Part shown: positions 1 to 8,179 of the stretch, piece by piece
Numbering within the stretch: position 1 is the stretch's first letter
Layout: every line of letters begins with the position of its first letter
NCBI GenBank assembly: GCA_043808015.1
Contig: JAZDFI010000019.1
Coordinates: forward strand, 1-18,345
Direction of reading: 5' to 3'
DNA from: Candidatus Aenigmatarchaeota archaeon
GTDB taxonomy: Archaea > Aenigmatarchaeota > Aenigmatarchaeia > QMZP01 > QMZT01
DNA length: 18,345 nt
Position numbers and translations under genes: made by a program
Notes under the pieces: model-generated
Seen by the model: only the letters and a program-made list of their open reading frames with translations
Databases searched by the model: none
What the model was told of the DNA's origin: nothing

Positions 1-962
1 ACCGGTATGTAGCTTTCTTTCACCAGTTTGAATCTTTCGACCGCGTATCTTATCGCCAGCAATCCAATAGCAATGAGCGACATTACAGTATCCTGCGATG
101 CGAAGTCAGGGGAGACTGCAAACGCCCTTGATAAAATGAAATACGAGAAAAACATCACGGGGTAAGACCATAAAAGCGTTTTCACGTGCCTGTTCAACAG
201 AAGCGACGCTACGACGGCTATGCCGATCATGAGAAGCGGTATTCTTATCATGCCCGACGAGCCGGCCATGAGCGCGAAGAACACTCCCGAAAGGACGGCG
301 TAGGCCATGCTTTTGGCAAACTTTATTTTTTCAGGCTCTAGATTAAGTTTTTCAATGAGCGCAAGCGGGTGGATGAGCAGGCGTTTCCAGCCGAATTCCT
401 TGGTCACGTCCTGGGATTTCACACTCCTGACTAAAAAATAAAGAGCAAGTATCATGAAGAGGCCGGTCGGCGGCTCCTTTTCCATGAAACCTGCCGAAAC
501 CCTGTAGAGTATGCCCGGCGTGAACGCCAGGAATGCCGCTGACAAAAGACCGATCTTTTTGTTGTTGAAAATTTCCTTGCCTAAAAAATACATGAAAAAT
601 ACCTGCAGCGCTCCGATGAAGGCCGGGACCCACACGCCGACCCAGTACATGGACCATCCGAACATTGGGTTGAGAATGTAATAAAACATCGGGTAAAACC
701 AGATGACTATAGTATAATCAGTCTGCCTGTTTGGCCCTCCCGGAACAGTGTTGAAAGCCGCCATCGTGTCGTGAGCTGGAACTTCGCCGTGCTCGATTAT
801 ATCTTCCGCCATCCTGAGAAAAAAGTGAGTGTCGATTTCCAGCATCTGAGGGTATGTGAATTTCGTGCCGGGTATGTATCGTAAATACCATGCCGATGTG
901 AATATTATGAGCAGCAGGAAAACCCAGTAATATTTTTTTATAATATCAAGAAACTTGTTCAT
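1..962 (-). CDS. aglB: Oligosaccharyltransferase AglB/STT3-family membrane protein, N-terminal 320 aa (runs off the window start)
   Basis: Not in the ORF track. My translation from ATG 962 is open to the window edge: MNKFLDIIKKYYWVFLLLIIFTSAWYLRYIPG...QMLEIDTHFFLRMAEDIIEHGEVP...VWVPAFIGAL..MYFLGKEIFNNKKIGLLSAAFLAFTPGILYRVSAGFMEKE. This matches the STT3 layout (TM1-R, EL1 Asp, RxxAGxx[D/E]x[D/E]) with many TM segments. The C-terminal WWDYG motif is outside the window. Confidence 0.85.
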   Translation of the reverse strand, partial: MNKFLDIIKKYYWVFLLLIIFTSAWYLRYIPGTKFTYPQMLEIDTHFFLRMAEDIIEHGEVPAHDTMAAFNTVPGGPNRQTDYTIVIWFYPMFYYILNPMFGWSMYWVGVWVPAFIGALQVFFMYFLGKEIFNNKKIGLLSAAFLAFTPGILYRVSAGFMEKEPPTGLFMILALYFLVRSVKSQDVTKEFGWKRLLIHPLALIEKLNLEPEKIKFAKSMAYAVLSGVFFALMAGSSGMIRIPLLMIGIAVVASLLLNRHVKTLLWSYPVMFFSYFILSRAFAVSPDFASQDTVMSLIAIGLLAIRYAVERFKLVKESYIP

Positions 963-983
963 ACATGGTAAATATCACGGTAT

Positions 984-1050
984 TATTTAAATCTAGCTTT
1001 TTTGGCTAGTGCCAACGTCCATTGCCGAACAACTTTTAAAAGGTTTAAAA
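984..1050. promoter_or_regulatory. Divergent archaeal TATA boxes for aglB (minus) and the HMG-CoA synthase operon (plus)
   Basis: TTTAAATA on the minus strand at 991-984, about 22 nt before the aglB ATG. TTTAAAAA on the plus strand at 1043-1050, upstream of ATG 1087. Confidence 0.55.
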
Positions 1051-1086
1051 ACCCACGTGACCCCTTTATTTAATACAGGTTTTTGC

Positions 1087-2130
1087 ATGAAAGCTGGCAT
1101 AGTCGGATATGGAGCCTACGTCCCGCAGTGGAGAATAAAAGCATCGAACATTGCGCGGATATGGGGTTCTGACCCGGAAAGGCTCAAAGATTTTCTTGAA
1201 GAGAAAAGCGTTCCTGGTCCGGATGAAGATGCTGCAACAATGGCAGTCGAAGCCAGCCTTCGCGCAGTCGCAGTCGCTGGCATAGACCCGATTGAAATAG
1301 GAGCGGTCTACGTCGGCAGCGAAAGCCACCCTTATGTCATCAAGCCGACGGCGTCGATAGTCGCTGAAGCGATAGGCGCGACGCCCGAGATGACGGGCGC
1401 AGATCTCGAGTTCGCATGCAAGGCAGGGACGGCAGGCATCCAGATATGCATGGCCATGGCGGAGTCGAATAAGATAAAATACGGGCTTGCCATAGGCTCC
1501 GATACAGCTCAGGGACGGCCCGGCGACGAACTAGAATACACGGCAGCCGCCGGCGCAGGCGCTTACATAATTGGCAGGGAAAACATAATCGCAGAGATAG
1601 AGGATACATATTCATTCACGACCGATACGCCTGATTTCTGGAGGCGCGAAGGAGAGGATTTCCCCCGCCACGGCGGGCGCTTTACTGGCGAACCGGCATA
1701 TTTCAAACACGTCCTGGCAGCGACAAACGGCCTGCTGAAAAAGACAGGGAAAAGCGTGAATGACTTCGATTATTTCGTGTTCCACCAGCCCAATGCCAAG
1801 TTCCCGCTCACCGCGGCGAAAATCCTGGGCATACCGCAGGAAAAAATGACTCGCGGGTTGCTAGTGCCTCAGATAGGCAATACATATTCTGCGGCGACGA
1901 TGATTGGCCTGGCACGCGTCCTCGACGTGGCACATCCGGGCGACAGAATTATGCTGACTTCATTCGGCTCCGGGGCCGGCTCCGACTCGTTCGCCATCAC
2001 AGTCACCAAAAACATCACCAGGATGAGAAAAAAGGAAAACTCCGTCGATGACATGATAAAAATCAAGAGATACCTTGAATATGCCGAATACATCAAATTC
2101 AGGAGAAAAATAAAGGGTGTTCATGCATGA
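1087..2130 (+). CDS. Hydroxymethylglutaryl-CoA synthase, archaeal type
   Basis: Starts [13 protein letters not shown]. Motifs [19 protein letters not shown] (Glu), EFACKAGT (catalytic Cys), FHQPN (His), GNTYS and [10 protein letters not shown] moved the start from 1009 to ATG 1087 because family homology begins there and AGGT lies just upstream. Confidence 0.95.
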   Translation: MKAGIVGYGAYVPQWRIKASNIARIWGSDPERLKDFLEEKSVPGPDEDAATMAVEASLRAVAVAGIDPIEIGAVYVGSESHPYVIKPTASIVAEAIGATPEMTGADLEFACKAGTAGIQICMAMAESNKIKYGLAIGSDTAQGRPGDELEYTAAAGAGAYIIGRENIIAEIEDTYSFTTDTPDFWRREGEDFPRHGGRFTGEPAYFKHVLAATNGLLKKTGKSVNDFDYFVFHQPNAKFPLTAAKILGIPQEKMTRGLLVPQIGNTYSAATMIGLARVLDVAHPGDRIMLTSFGSGAGSDSFAITVTKNITRMRKKENSVDDMIKIKRYLEYAEYIKFRRKIKGVHA

Positions 2131-3314
2131 ACTTGAATAGTATGAAGCCGATAAGAGGCGTTGCCGTGATAGGCACCGGCCTGACCAAGTTCGGCGAGCA
2201 CTGGAACATGGGGCTCAAAGAGCTGGCGGTAGAAGCAGGCATAAAAGCAGTCGAAGACGCAGGCATAACCGGACAGGAACTGCAGCTTCTTGTTGGCGGA
2301 AACATGTCCGGCGGTTTGTTTGCCGGGCAAGAGCATGGTGCAGGCCTGCTGGCGGACTACCTTGGCCTCAACCCAATACCTGCAATAAGGACAGAGGGCG
2401 CGTGCTCTTCTGGTTCGCTTGCAGTAAGAGTCGGATACCTCGCCGTCGCTTCAGGCATGTATGATTTCGTCGCAGTCGGCGGAGTTGAGAAGATGACGGA
2501 CGTTTATGGGCCGCAAGCCACGACTGCGCTATCCGGAGCGATGGATTACGAAACTGAAGCGTATTTCGGCGTCACGTTCCCCGGCATATATGCACTTATC
2601 GCCAAAAGGCACATGCATGATTTCGGCACGACGCGAAGGCAGCTTTCATTGGTGGCTGTAAAAAACCACAGCAATGCCCAGCACAATCCATATGCCCAGT
2701 TCAGAAACAGGATAACCGCCGACGACGTTGAAAAGTCCGCGCTTGTCGCAGATCCGCTAAGACTGCTTGATTGCTCGCCGCTCACGGATGGTGCTGCAAC
2801 CGTCATTCTCGCTCCAGCTGACATAGCCAGAAAATACACAGACACTCCTATTTACATAAAGGCATCGGCTCAAGCGTCCGACACGCTCAGCCTTTTTTCA
2901 AGGCGCAACATAACAACGCTCGATGCGACAGTCCATGCGGTCAGAGACGCTTACAGGCAAGCGAGGATAACGCCTAAAAACGTCGATTTCGCCGAAGTGC
3001 ACGACTGCTTCACCATAGCTGAAATATGCGCTTATGAGGACTTGGGATTCACACAGAAAGGCAAGGGCGGAAAAATGATAGAAAATGGCGAAGTCGAGCT
3101 CGGCGGCAGAATCCCTATCAACACATCAGGCGGTCTGAAAGCGAAGGGCCATCCGGTCGGAGCTACAGGAGTGGCCCAGATAGCCGAATTGGTAGCCCAG
3201 CTGAGAGGCGAGGCCGGCAAACGCCAGGTAAAAAACGCCCACATAGGCATGGCGCATAACGTAGGCGGATCCGGTGCGACAGTAAGCGTTCACATACTTT
3301 CAAACAAGAAATGA
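2127..3314 (+). CDS. Acetoacetyl-CoA thiolase (archaeal, SCP2-like thiolase)
   Basis: EGACSSG (catalytic Cys), [30 protein letters not shown] and HNVGG. ATGA overlap with the HMGS stop indicates translational coupling. Confidence 0.95.
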   Translation: MNLNSMKPIRGVAVIGTGLTKFGEHWNMGLKELAVEAGIKAVEDAGITGQELQLLVGGNMSGGLFAGQEHGAGLLADYLGLNPIPAIRTEGACSSGSLAVRVGYLAVASGMYDFVAVGGVEKMTDVYGPQATTALSGAMDYETEAYFGVTFPGIYALIAKRHMHDFGTTRRQLSLVAVKNHSNAQHNPYAQFRNRITADDVEKSALVADPLRLLDCSPLTDGAATVILAPADIARKYTDTPIYIKASAQASDTLSLFSRRNITTLDATVHAVRDAYRQARITPKNVDFAEVHDCFTIAEICAYEDLGFTQKGKGGKMIENGEVELGGRIPINTSGGLKAKGHPVGATGVAQIAELVAQLRGEAGKRQVKNAHIGMAHNVGGSGATVSVHILSNKK

Positions 3315-3330
3315 TTCATGTTCAGGATTG

Positions 3331-3741
3331 ATGCATATGACAAAAGAATTCGCGGTTCCGTTCCACTGGAGACGCTTTAGAGAGCGCTACCAGCTCATAG
3401 GCTCCAAGTGCGACCACTGCAAAAAAACATTCTATCCCATAAGAATCATATGTCCCTATTGCAGAAGATCGGGACATATGAAGGATATGAAGTTTTCCGG
3501 AAATGGAAAGGTTTTTTCATACACCATAATACGCGCCGCGCCGGAAGGCTTTAAGGAATACACCCCTTACATAATCGCGATAGTTGAACTGGAAGAGGGC
3601 GCCAAGCTGCTTTCGCAGGTGGTTGACTGCGACCATAAAGACATCAAAATAGGCATGAGGGTCAAGTCGTGCTTCAGAAAGATAAGAAGCGAAAACGATA
3701 CAGGCATCGTTCTTTATGGTTTCAAATTCAAGCCGGCCTGA
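3331..3741 (+). CDS. DUF35 Zn-ribbon/OB-fold protein, scaffold subunit of the archaeal thiolase-HMGS complex
   Basis: CDHC...CPYC zinc ribbon, GKVFSYTII, PYIIAIVELEEG, IGMRVKSCFRK and YGFKF. It directly follows the thiolase. The start could be 3328, 3331 or 3337. Confidence 0.92.
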   Translation: MHMTKEFAVPFHWRRFRERYQLIGSKCDHCKKTFYPIRIICPYCRRSGHMKDMKFSGNGKVFSYTIIRAAPEGFKEYTPYIIAIVELEEGAKLLSQVVDCDHKDIKIGMRVKSCFRKIRSENDTGIVLYGFKFKPA

Positions 3742-3764
3742 TTTCATAAAACCGCCGTTATAAA

Positions 3765-3772
3765 TTTAAAAA
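3765..3772 (+). promoter_or_regulatory. TATA box for the DUF1015 gene (probably a leaderless transcript)
   Basis: TTTAAAAA at 3765-3772, about 23 nt before ATG 3795, with no Shine-Dalgarno sequence in between. Confidence 0.55.
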
Positions 3773-3794
3773 CCGGGTGCCATAATATAATTCT

Positions 3795-5105
3795 ATGGTC
3801 AACATCAAGCCATTTCCAGGATACCGCTACAACACGGAAAAAGTCAGAATGGAAGATGCCTTTTCACCTCCGTATGATGTTATAAATCCGGCAATGCAGG
3901 AGGAGCTTTACAAAAAATCAGCCTACAACATAGTCAGGATAATACTGGGCAAGGACGAAAAAGACGATAACGAAACAAAAAATAAATACACGCGCGCCGC
4001 CAGCTTCTTCAGAACATGGATAAAGAGCGGGCATATCAAACAGGATGACAAACCGCACATGTACGTGTACTCGCAGGAATTCCTAGCGGGTGGCAAAAAA
4101 ATGGAAAGAACCGGTCTTATAACAACAACCGAGCTCGAGGCGCTGGGAAAGAACATACTGCCGCATGAATTCACGCTGAGCGGTCCGAAGGTCGGCAGGA
4201 AAATCCTCCTTGAAAAAACAGAGGCCAACTTCGGCCAGATATTTTCCATATACCTGGACAAAAAGATGATAGTGGAGTCCATTCTTGAAAATGAGAAAAA
4301 GAAGGCGCCCGAATTCGACGTGGTCGACTTCGAGGGAATAAGGCACAAGCTCTGGACAATAAAGGACGAAACTGCGATAAAAAAAATAATAGAAGTCATG
4401 CGCGACAAGAAAATTTTCATCGCGGACGGTCACCACAGATACGAAACGTCACTGGAATATAGCAAAGAGCATACGGATAACGAGAAAGCAAAATACATAA
4501 TGATGACGCTGGTGAACATAATGAATAAAGGCCTTGTAATACTTCCGACGCACAGGCTCGTTAAAGACATCAGCGTTGATGCAGCCAAATTAATAGACGG
4601 GCTGAAGCGCAATTTCAGCATAGAAATTTTCGAATCCGGCAAAGACAACGGGAAGGAAGCCAGAGAAAAGATGTTCAAAGGGATGAAGACAAACGAGAGC
4701 AAACATGCATTCGGCATGTATCTCGGCGGCAACAGATATTTCGTTCTCACGCTTACGGATGAAAAGATTATGGATCAAAAAGCCAAAGACCACGCGAAGC
4801 CATGGAGGCGACTGGATGTAAGCATCCTGCACACGCTGATATTGGACGGTCTTCTGGGGATTGATACGAGCAAGCCCGAAAAACAGCAGTATATAGAATA
4901 CATGAAGGACACAAAGGACGCCGTTGATGAATGTGTGAATAAGATCAAAGGCGGAGCATGCAAGGTCGTGTTTTTCATGAACCCGACAAAAATAGATGAA
5001 GTCGTGGACGTGGCTGAGAGCGGCGAGCGGATGCCGCAGAAGTCGACGTTCTTCTACCCGAAGGTTTATACCGGATTAGTGATGTACAGGTTCGGGGAAA
5101 AATAA
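3795..5105 (+). CDS. DUF1015 family protein (ParB/Srx-like catalytic core; candidate serine kinase/phosphoserine phosphotransferase)
   Basis: Hallmark segments IKPFPGYRY, SPPYDVI, ILPHEFT, FIADGHHRY, ILPTHRLV and MPQKSTFFYPKVYTGL. The family call is confident; the function is inferred. Confidence 0.88.
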   Translation: MVNIKPFPGYRYNTEKVRMEDAFSPPYDVINPAMQEELYKKSAYNIVRIILGKDEKDDNETKNKYTRAASFFRTWIKSGHIKQDDKPHMYVYSQEFLAGGKKMERTGLITTTELEALGKNILPHEFTLSGPKVGRKILLEKTEANFGQIFSIYLDKKMIVESILENEKKKAPEFDVVDFEGIRHKLWTIKDETAIKKIIEVMRDKKIFIADGHHRYETSLEYSKEHTDNEKAKYIMMTLVNIMNKGLVILPTHRLVKDISVDAAKLIDGLKRNFSIEIFESGKDNGKEAREKMFKGMKTNESKHAFGMYLGGNRYFVLTLTDEKIMDQKAKDHAKPWRRLDVSILHTLILDGLLGIDTSKPEKQQYIEYMKDTKDAVDECVNKIKGGACKVVFFMNPTKIDEVVDVAESGERMPQKSTFFYPKVYTGLVMYRFGEK

Positions 5106-5151
5106 CATTTTTAAGTTCGATAGTAAATTTCTATAATAGGTTGGTGATTTA

Positions 5152-6237
5152 ATGAAAAGTTGGGAAAAACACGTCAAGTTGTTCATACCGGGCCCGGTTG
5201 AGGTTTACCCGGACGTACGTGCAGAAATGGCGAGGCCGATGATAGGTCACAGGTCATCCGCTTTTCAGGATCTATACGCAGATACGATTGCAAAGCTGAA
5301 AAAAGTCCTATTTACGCAGAATGACGCATTCCTCTCGACGTCGTCAGCGACGGGCGTCTGGGAGGCGTGCGCCAGGAACTGCATCGAGAAAAAAGCGCTT
5401 GCATGCGTCAATGGCGCATTCTCGGGGAGCTGGCACAAAGTGGCTCTGGCGAACGGAAAGGATGCCGATAAAATCGAGGTGCCCATGGGCAAGGCCATAA
5501 AGCCGGAGATGATAGACGAGAAGCTGGCGACTGGCGAATACGACTCGCTCCTCTTCGTTCACAACGAGACGAGCACGGGAGTGGCGAATCCGCTTTACGA
5601 AGTGGCCGAAGTCATGAAAAAATATCCGGACGTTCTTTTCATGGTGGATGCCGTGAGCTCCATGACGGGCATGAAAATAGAAGTGGACAAGCTCGGCATA
5701 GACGTATGCCTTGCAAGCGTGCAGAAGGCTTTCGCGCTTCCGCCGGGACTCGCCGTCTTCACTGTCAGCAAGAAGGCGTACGAGCGCGCCGAAAAAATAA
5801 AAAACCGCGGCTATTACTTCGACTTCCTTGTTTTCAAAAAATACGCCGAAAAAAACCAGACGCCTTCGACGCCGGCGATACCGCAGATATACGGTCTCAA
5901 CATGCAGCTCGACAAAATGCTGCACGAAGGCATGGAAGCGCGCTTCGAGCGCCACAAGCACATGGCCGATTTCACGAGAAAGTGGGCGCTTGACCGCGGC
6001 TTCGAGCTGTTCGCGGAAAAGGGGTACGAGTCGAACACTCTTACCACCGTGAACAACAACAAGGGAATCGTCGTTGCGGACCTCATAAAGAAACTCGAAC
6101 AAAAAGGTATGACCATAAGCAACGGCTACAAGGACCTTAAAGAGAAAAACTTCCGCATTGCCCACATGGGCGACATGAAGATTGCAGACATAAAAGAGCT
6201 GCTTGAAACGATAGATGAAATTCTGAGGGGAGGATAA
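5152..6237 (+). CDS. Class V PLP-dependent aminotransferase (serine-pyruvate/archaeal phosphoserine aminotransferase-like)
   Basis: FIPGP, IGHRS, VHNETSTG, VDAVSS, SVQKAF (PLP Lys), TPSTP and FRIAHMG. GGTGA RBS upstream. A SerC role is inferred from adjacency to serA. Confidence 0.88.
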   Translation: MKSWEKHVKLFIPGPVEVYPDVRAEMARPMIGHRSSAFQDLYADTIAKLKKVLFTQNDAFLSTSSATGVWEACARNCIEKKALACVNGAFSGSWHKVALANGKDADKIEVPMGKAIKPEMIDEKLATGEYDSLLFVHNETSTGVANPLYEVAEVMKKYPDVLFMVDAVSSMTGMKIEVDKLGIDVCLASVQKAFALPPGLAVFTVSKKAYERAEKIKNRGYYFDFLVFKKYAEKNQTPSTPAIPQIYGLNMQLDKMLHEGMEARFERHKHMADFTRKWALDRGFELFAEKGYESNTLTTVNNNKGIVVADLIKKLEQKGMTISNGYKDLKEKNFRIAHMGDMKIADIKELLETIDEILRGG

Positions 6238-6238
6238 A

Positions 6239-7120
6239 ATGAAAATCCTTATTTCGGACCCGTTTTCGAAGGACCTGCCAAAAAGACTTTCCGAATTCGG
6301 CACGGTCACGGAAAACAAAGACGAATTTTCAGATGCCGATGTAATACTCGTCAGGAGCGCGACCAAGGTCGACAGGGCATACATAGACAACGCAAAAAAC
6401 ATGAAGCTGGTCATACGCGGCGGCGTCGGACTCGACAACATAGACGTCAACCACTGCAACGGGAAAGGCATATTGGTGAAGAACACGCCGGAAGCATCAA
6501 GCATCGCCGTCGCCGAGCTCGTATTCGCCCTAATGCTCGGCATAACGAGAAACGTCGTGACAGCGCACAATTCCACGAAAAAAGGCGAGTGGGTCAAAGG
6601 CCTCAAGGGCACCGAACTTTACGGCAAAACTCTTGGCGTCATCGGCCTCGGCAGGATAGGGACCGAGGTGGCGAAACGCGCGAAGGCGTTCGGCATGAAC
6701 GTAGTCACGGGCAACGAGCATGGCAGACCGACAGAGTATGCGCACGCCATCCCTACGGAAGACGTCTTCAGCAAGTCGGATTTCATATCGCTTCACGTGC
6801 CGCTCACGGACGAAACGAAGGGAATGATAAACAAAAGCACAATCGAAAAAATGAAAGACGGCGTGATAATCATAAACACGGCTAGGGGGAAACTCGTCAA
6901 CGAAAATGACCTTGCCGAGTCCCTGAAAACGGGCAAGGTAAAATACGCGGGACTCGATGTTTACCAACAAGAGCCGCCAGTGGGATCACCGCTGCTTTCA
7001 CTCGAGAATGTCCTACTGATGCCGCATCTAGGGGCGCAGACCGCAGAGAACATGCAGCGCATAGGCGATATTGTTTATCATCAGATAAAGGATTTCAAGC
7101 ACGCCAATCCTAAACTATGA
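6239..7120 (+). CDS. serA: D-3-phosphoglycerate dehydrogenase / D-2-hydroxyacid dehydrogenase, short form without an ACT domain
   Basis: VRSATK, RGGVGLDNID, GLGRIG (Rossmann), INTARG, LDV..EP and PHLGAQT. GGAGG RBS; begins 1 nt after the aminotransferase stop. Confidence 0.8.
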   Translation: MKILISDPFSKDLPKRLSEFGTVTENKDEFSDADVILVRSATKVDRAYIDNAKNMKLVIRGGVGLDNIDVNHCNGKGILVKNTPEASSIAVAELVFALMLGITRNVVTAHNSTKKGEWVKGLKGTELYGKTLGVIGLGRIGTEVAKRAKAFGMNVVTGNEHGRPTEYAHAIPTEDVFSKSDFISLHVPLTDETKGMINKSTIEKMKDGVIIINTARGKLVNENDLAESLKTGKVKYAGLDVYQQEPPVGSPLLSLENVLLMPHLGAQTAENMQRIGDIVYHQIKDFKHANPKL

Positions 7121-8120
7121 AGTCCATGTCCATCCACGAATAGCTCAGAATATTGCCGGCCCTAAGTGCAACATCGATCTGGAAATCATTCGAATGCCTG
7201 AGGAATTTCCTGAAAACGATGCCTATTTTTATCTGTTTCGCCAGCGTCTTTTTCCATTCCCTTTCGTATTCGCTCAAAACAGAGGCGCTGAAATCATCGA
7301 ACCTGAACGCTTTCTCGACGACTCTGGCTGCGATTTCCGCGCATGTCAGGCCGTAAATGACGCCCCCGCCAGACCACGGTTTTACCTGGCCGGCCGAGCT
7401 GCCTATGAGCAACGTTAGTTCTCCATAAGTTTTTTTTGCCGGGCCGATCGGAATCATGCCCGCGAATTTTTCATATTTTTTTATGCCGAAGAATCTATCG
7501 ATATCCGAGAATTTGACGTCACTTCCCCAAGCACCATATTCAGTCGTCTTTCCACGCGGTATTCTCCAAAAAAAGCCGTCTCGCAGGAGCTTTTTGTTAA
7601 AATAAAGGTCGACATTGCTGGCACGGCTTTCGTTGTTTGTGATGGCTATAAGCCCTTTGACGGAGTTCCTTCTGCCGGCAAGCAGCGAGTTGGGGCCGTC
7701 ACAAACGAGCGCTATCCTGCCAGTTACAACGCCACTGTTCGTTGAAATCTCCGCGCAGTCGCTTTTTATTTTTATTCCGGTAACCCTGCGGTTCAGCATT
7801 ATTTTACAACCAGCGAGCTTGGCTATTTTTTTGTCGAAAAGTGGGCGGTTTATGACATACGCGGCCCGCGGTCTTCTCAGCACAAGTTCGCTTTTTCGGG
7901 AATGGAGAACTGCGGAATCGACGGTATTTTCCACGACATCCCAGCTTTTTATATCCGGAAAAAACTTCTCTATGTTTCTCGATATAAGGCCTGAGCATCT
8001 CAGAGGCTTGCCTATTTCACGGTCTTCTTCGATAACCAGAACATCGTATCCCATCTTCCTGCAGAGCCCGGCCGCATAGAGACCGACAGGGCCGCCGCCT
8101 ACAACGATTACATCGTGCAT
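7110..8120 (-). CDS. Geranylgeranyl reductase-family FAD-dependent oxidoreductase
   Basis: DVIVVGGGPVG, PLRCSGLIS, INRPLFD, CDGPNS, FFWRIP and AGQVKPWSGGG. ATG 8120 is preferred over 8138 or 8165 on homology start and TATA spacing. Confidence 0.85.
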   Translation of the reverse strand: MHDVIVVGGGPVGLYAAGLCRKMGYDVLVIEEDREIGKPLRCSGLISRNIEKFFPDIKSWDVVENTVDSAVLHSRKSELVLRRPRAAYVINRPLFDKKIAKLAGCKIMLNRRVTGIKIKSDCAEISTNSGVVTGRIALVCDGPNSLLAGRRNSVKGLIAITNNESRASNVDLYFNKKLLRDGFFWRIPRGKTTEYGAWGSDVKFSDIDRFFGIKKYEKFAGMIPIGPAKKTYGELTLLIGSSAGQVKPWSGGGVIYGLTCAEIAARVVEKAFRFDDFSASVLSEYEREWKKTLAKQIKIGIVFRKFLRHSNDFQIDVALRAGNILSYSWMDMDFIV

Positions 8121-8143
8121 CCCAAGCTTCCTGCCCATGTAAT

Positions 8144-8157
8144 TGTTTATATAAACA
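8144..8157. promoter_or_regulatory. Palindromic TATA element TGTTTATATAAACA between the divergent GGR and secF genes
   Basis: Perfect 14-bp palindrome containing TTTATATA on both strands. Its centre is about 30 nt from both ATG 8120 (minus) and ATG 8180 (plus). Confidence 0.7.
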
Positions 8158-8179
8158 TTATTCAAATAGTTAAGATATT

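Noticed and set aside
352-657. 101-aa minus-strand ORF in the track
   Set aside because: Alternative frame inside aglB. The real frame starts at 962 and was missed by the track because it has no stop within the window.
993-1009. Small inverted repeat CTAGC-N7-GCTAG in the aglB/HMGS spacer
   Set aside because: The 5-bp arms are expected by chance, and I noticed no second copy at the mvaA promoter.
1009-1086. 26-aa N-terminal extension of HMG-CoA synthase
   Set aside because: It runs through the AT-rich promoter region; family homology starts at ATG 1087.
3795-5105. DUF1015 as a ParB chromosome-partitioning protein
   Set aside because: Only the DGHHR core is shared. There is no HTH, no parA neighbour and no parS-like repeats, and the context is metabolic.
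5344-6612. 422-aa antisense ORF spanning the aminotransferase and serA
   Set aside because: Shadow frame of two well-supported genes with no recognisable motifs. Codon bias in the real genes leaves few stops on the opposite strand.
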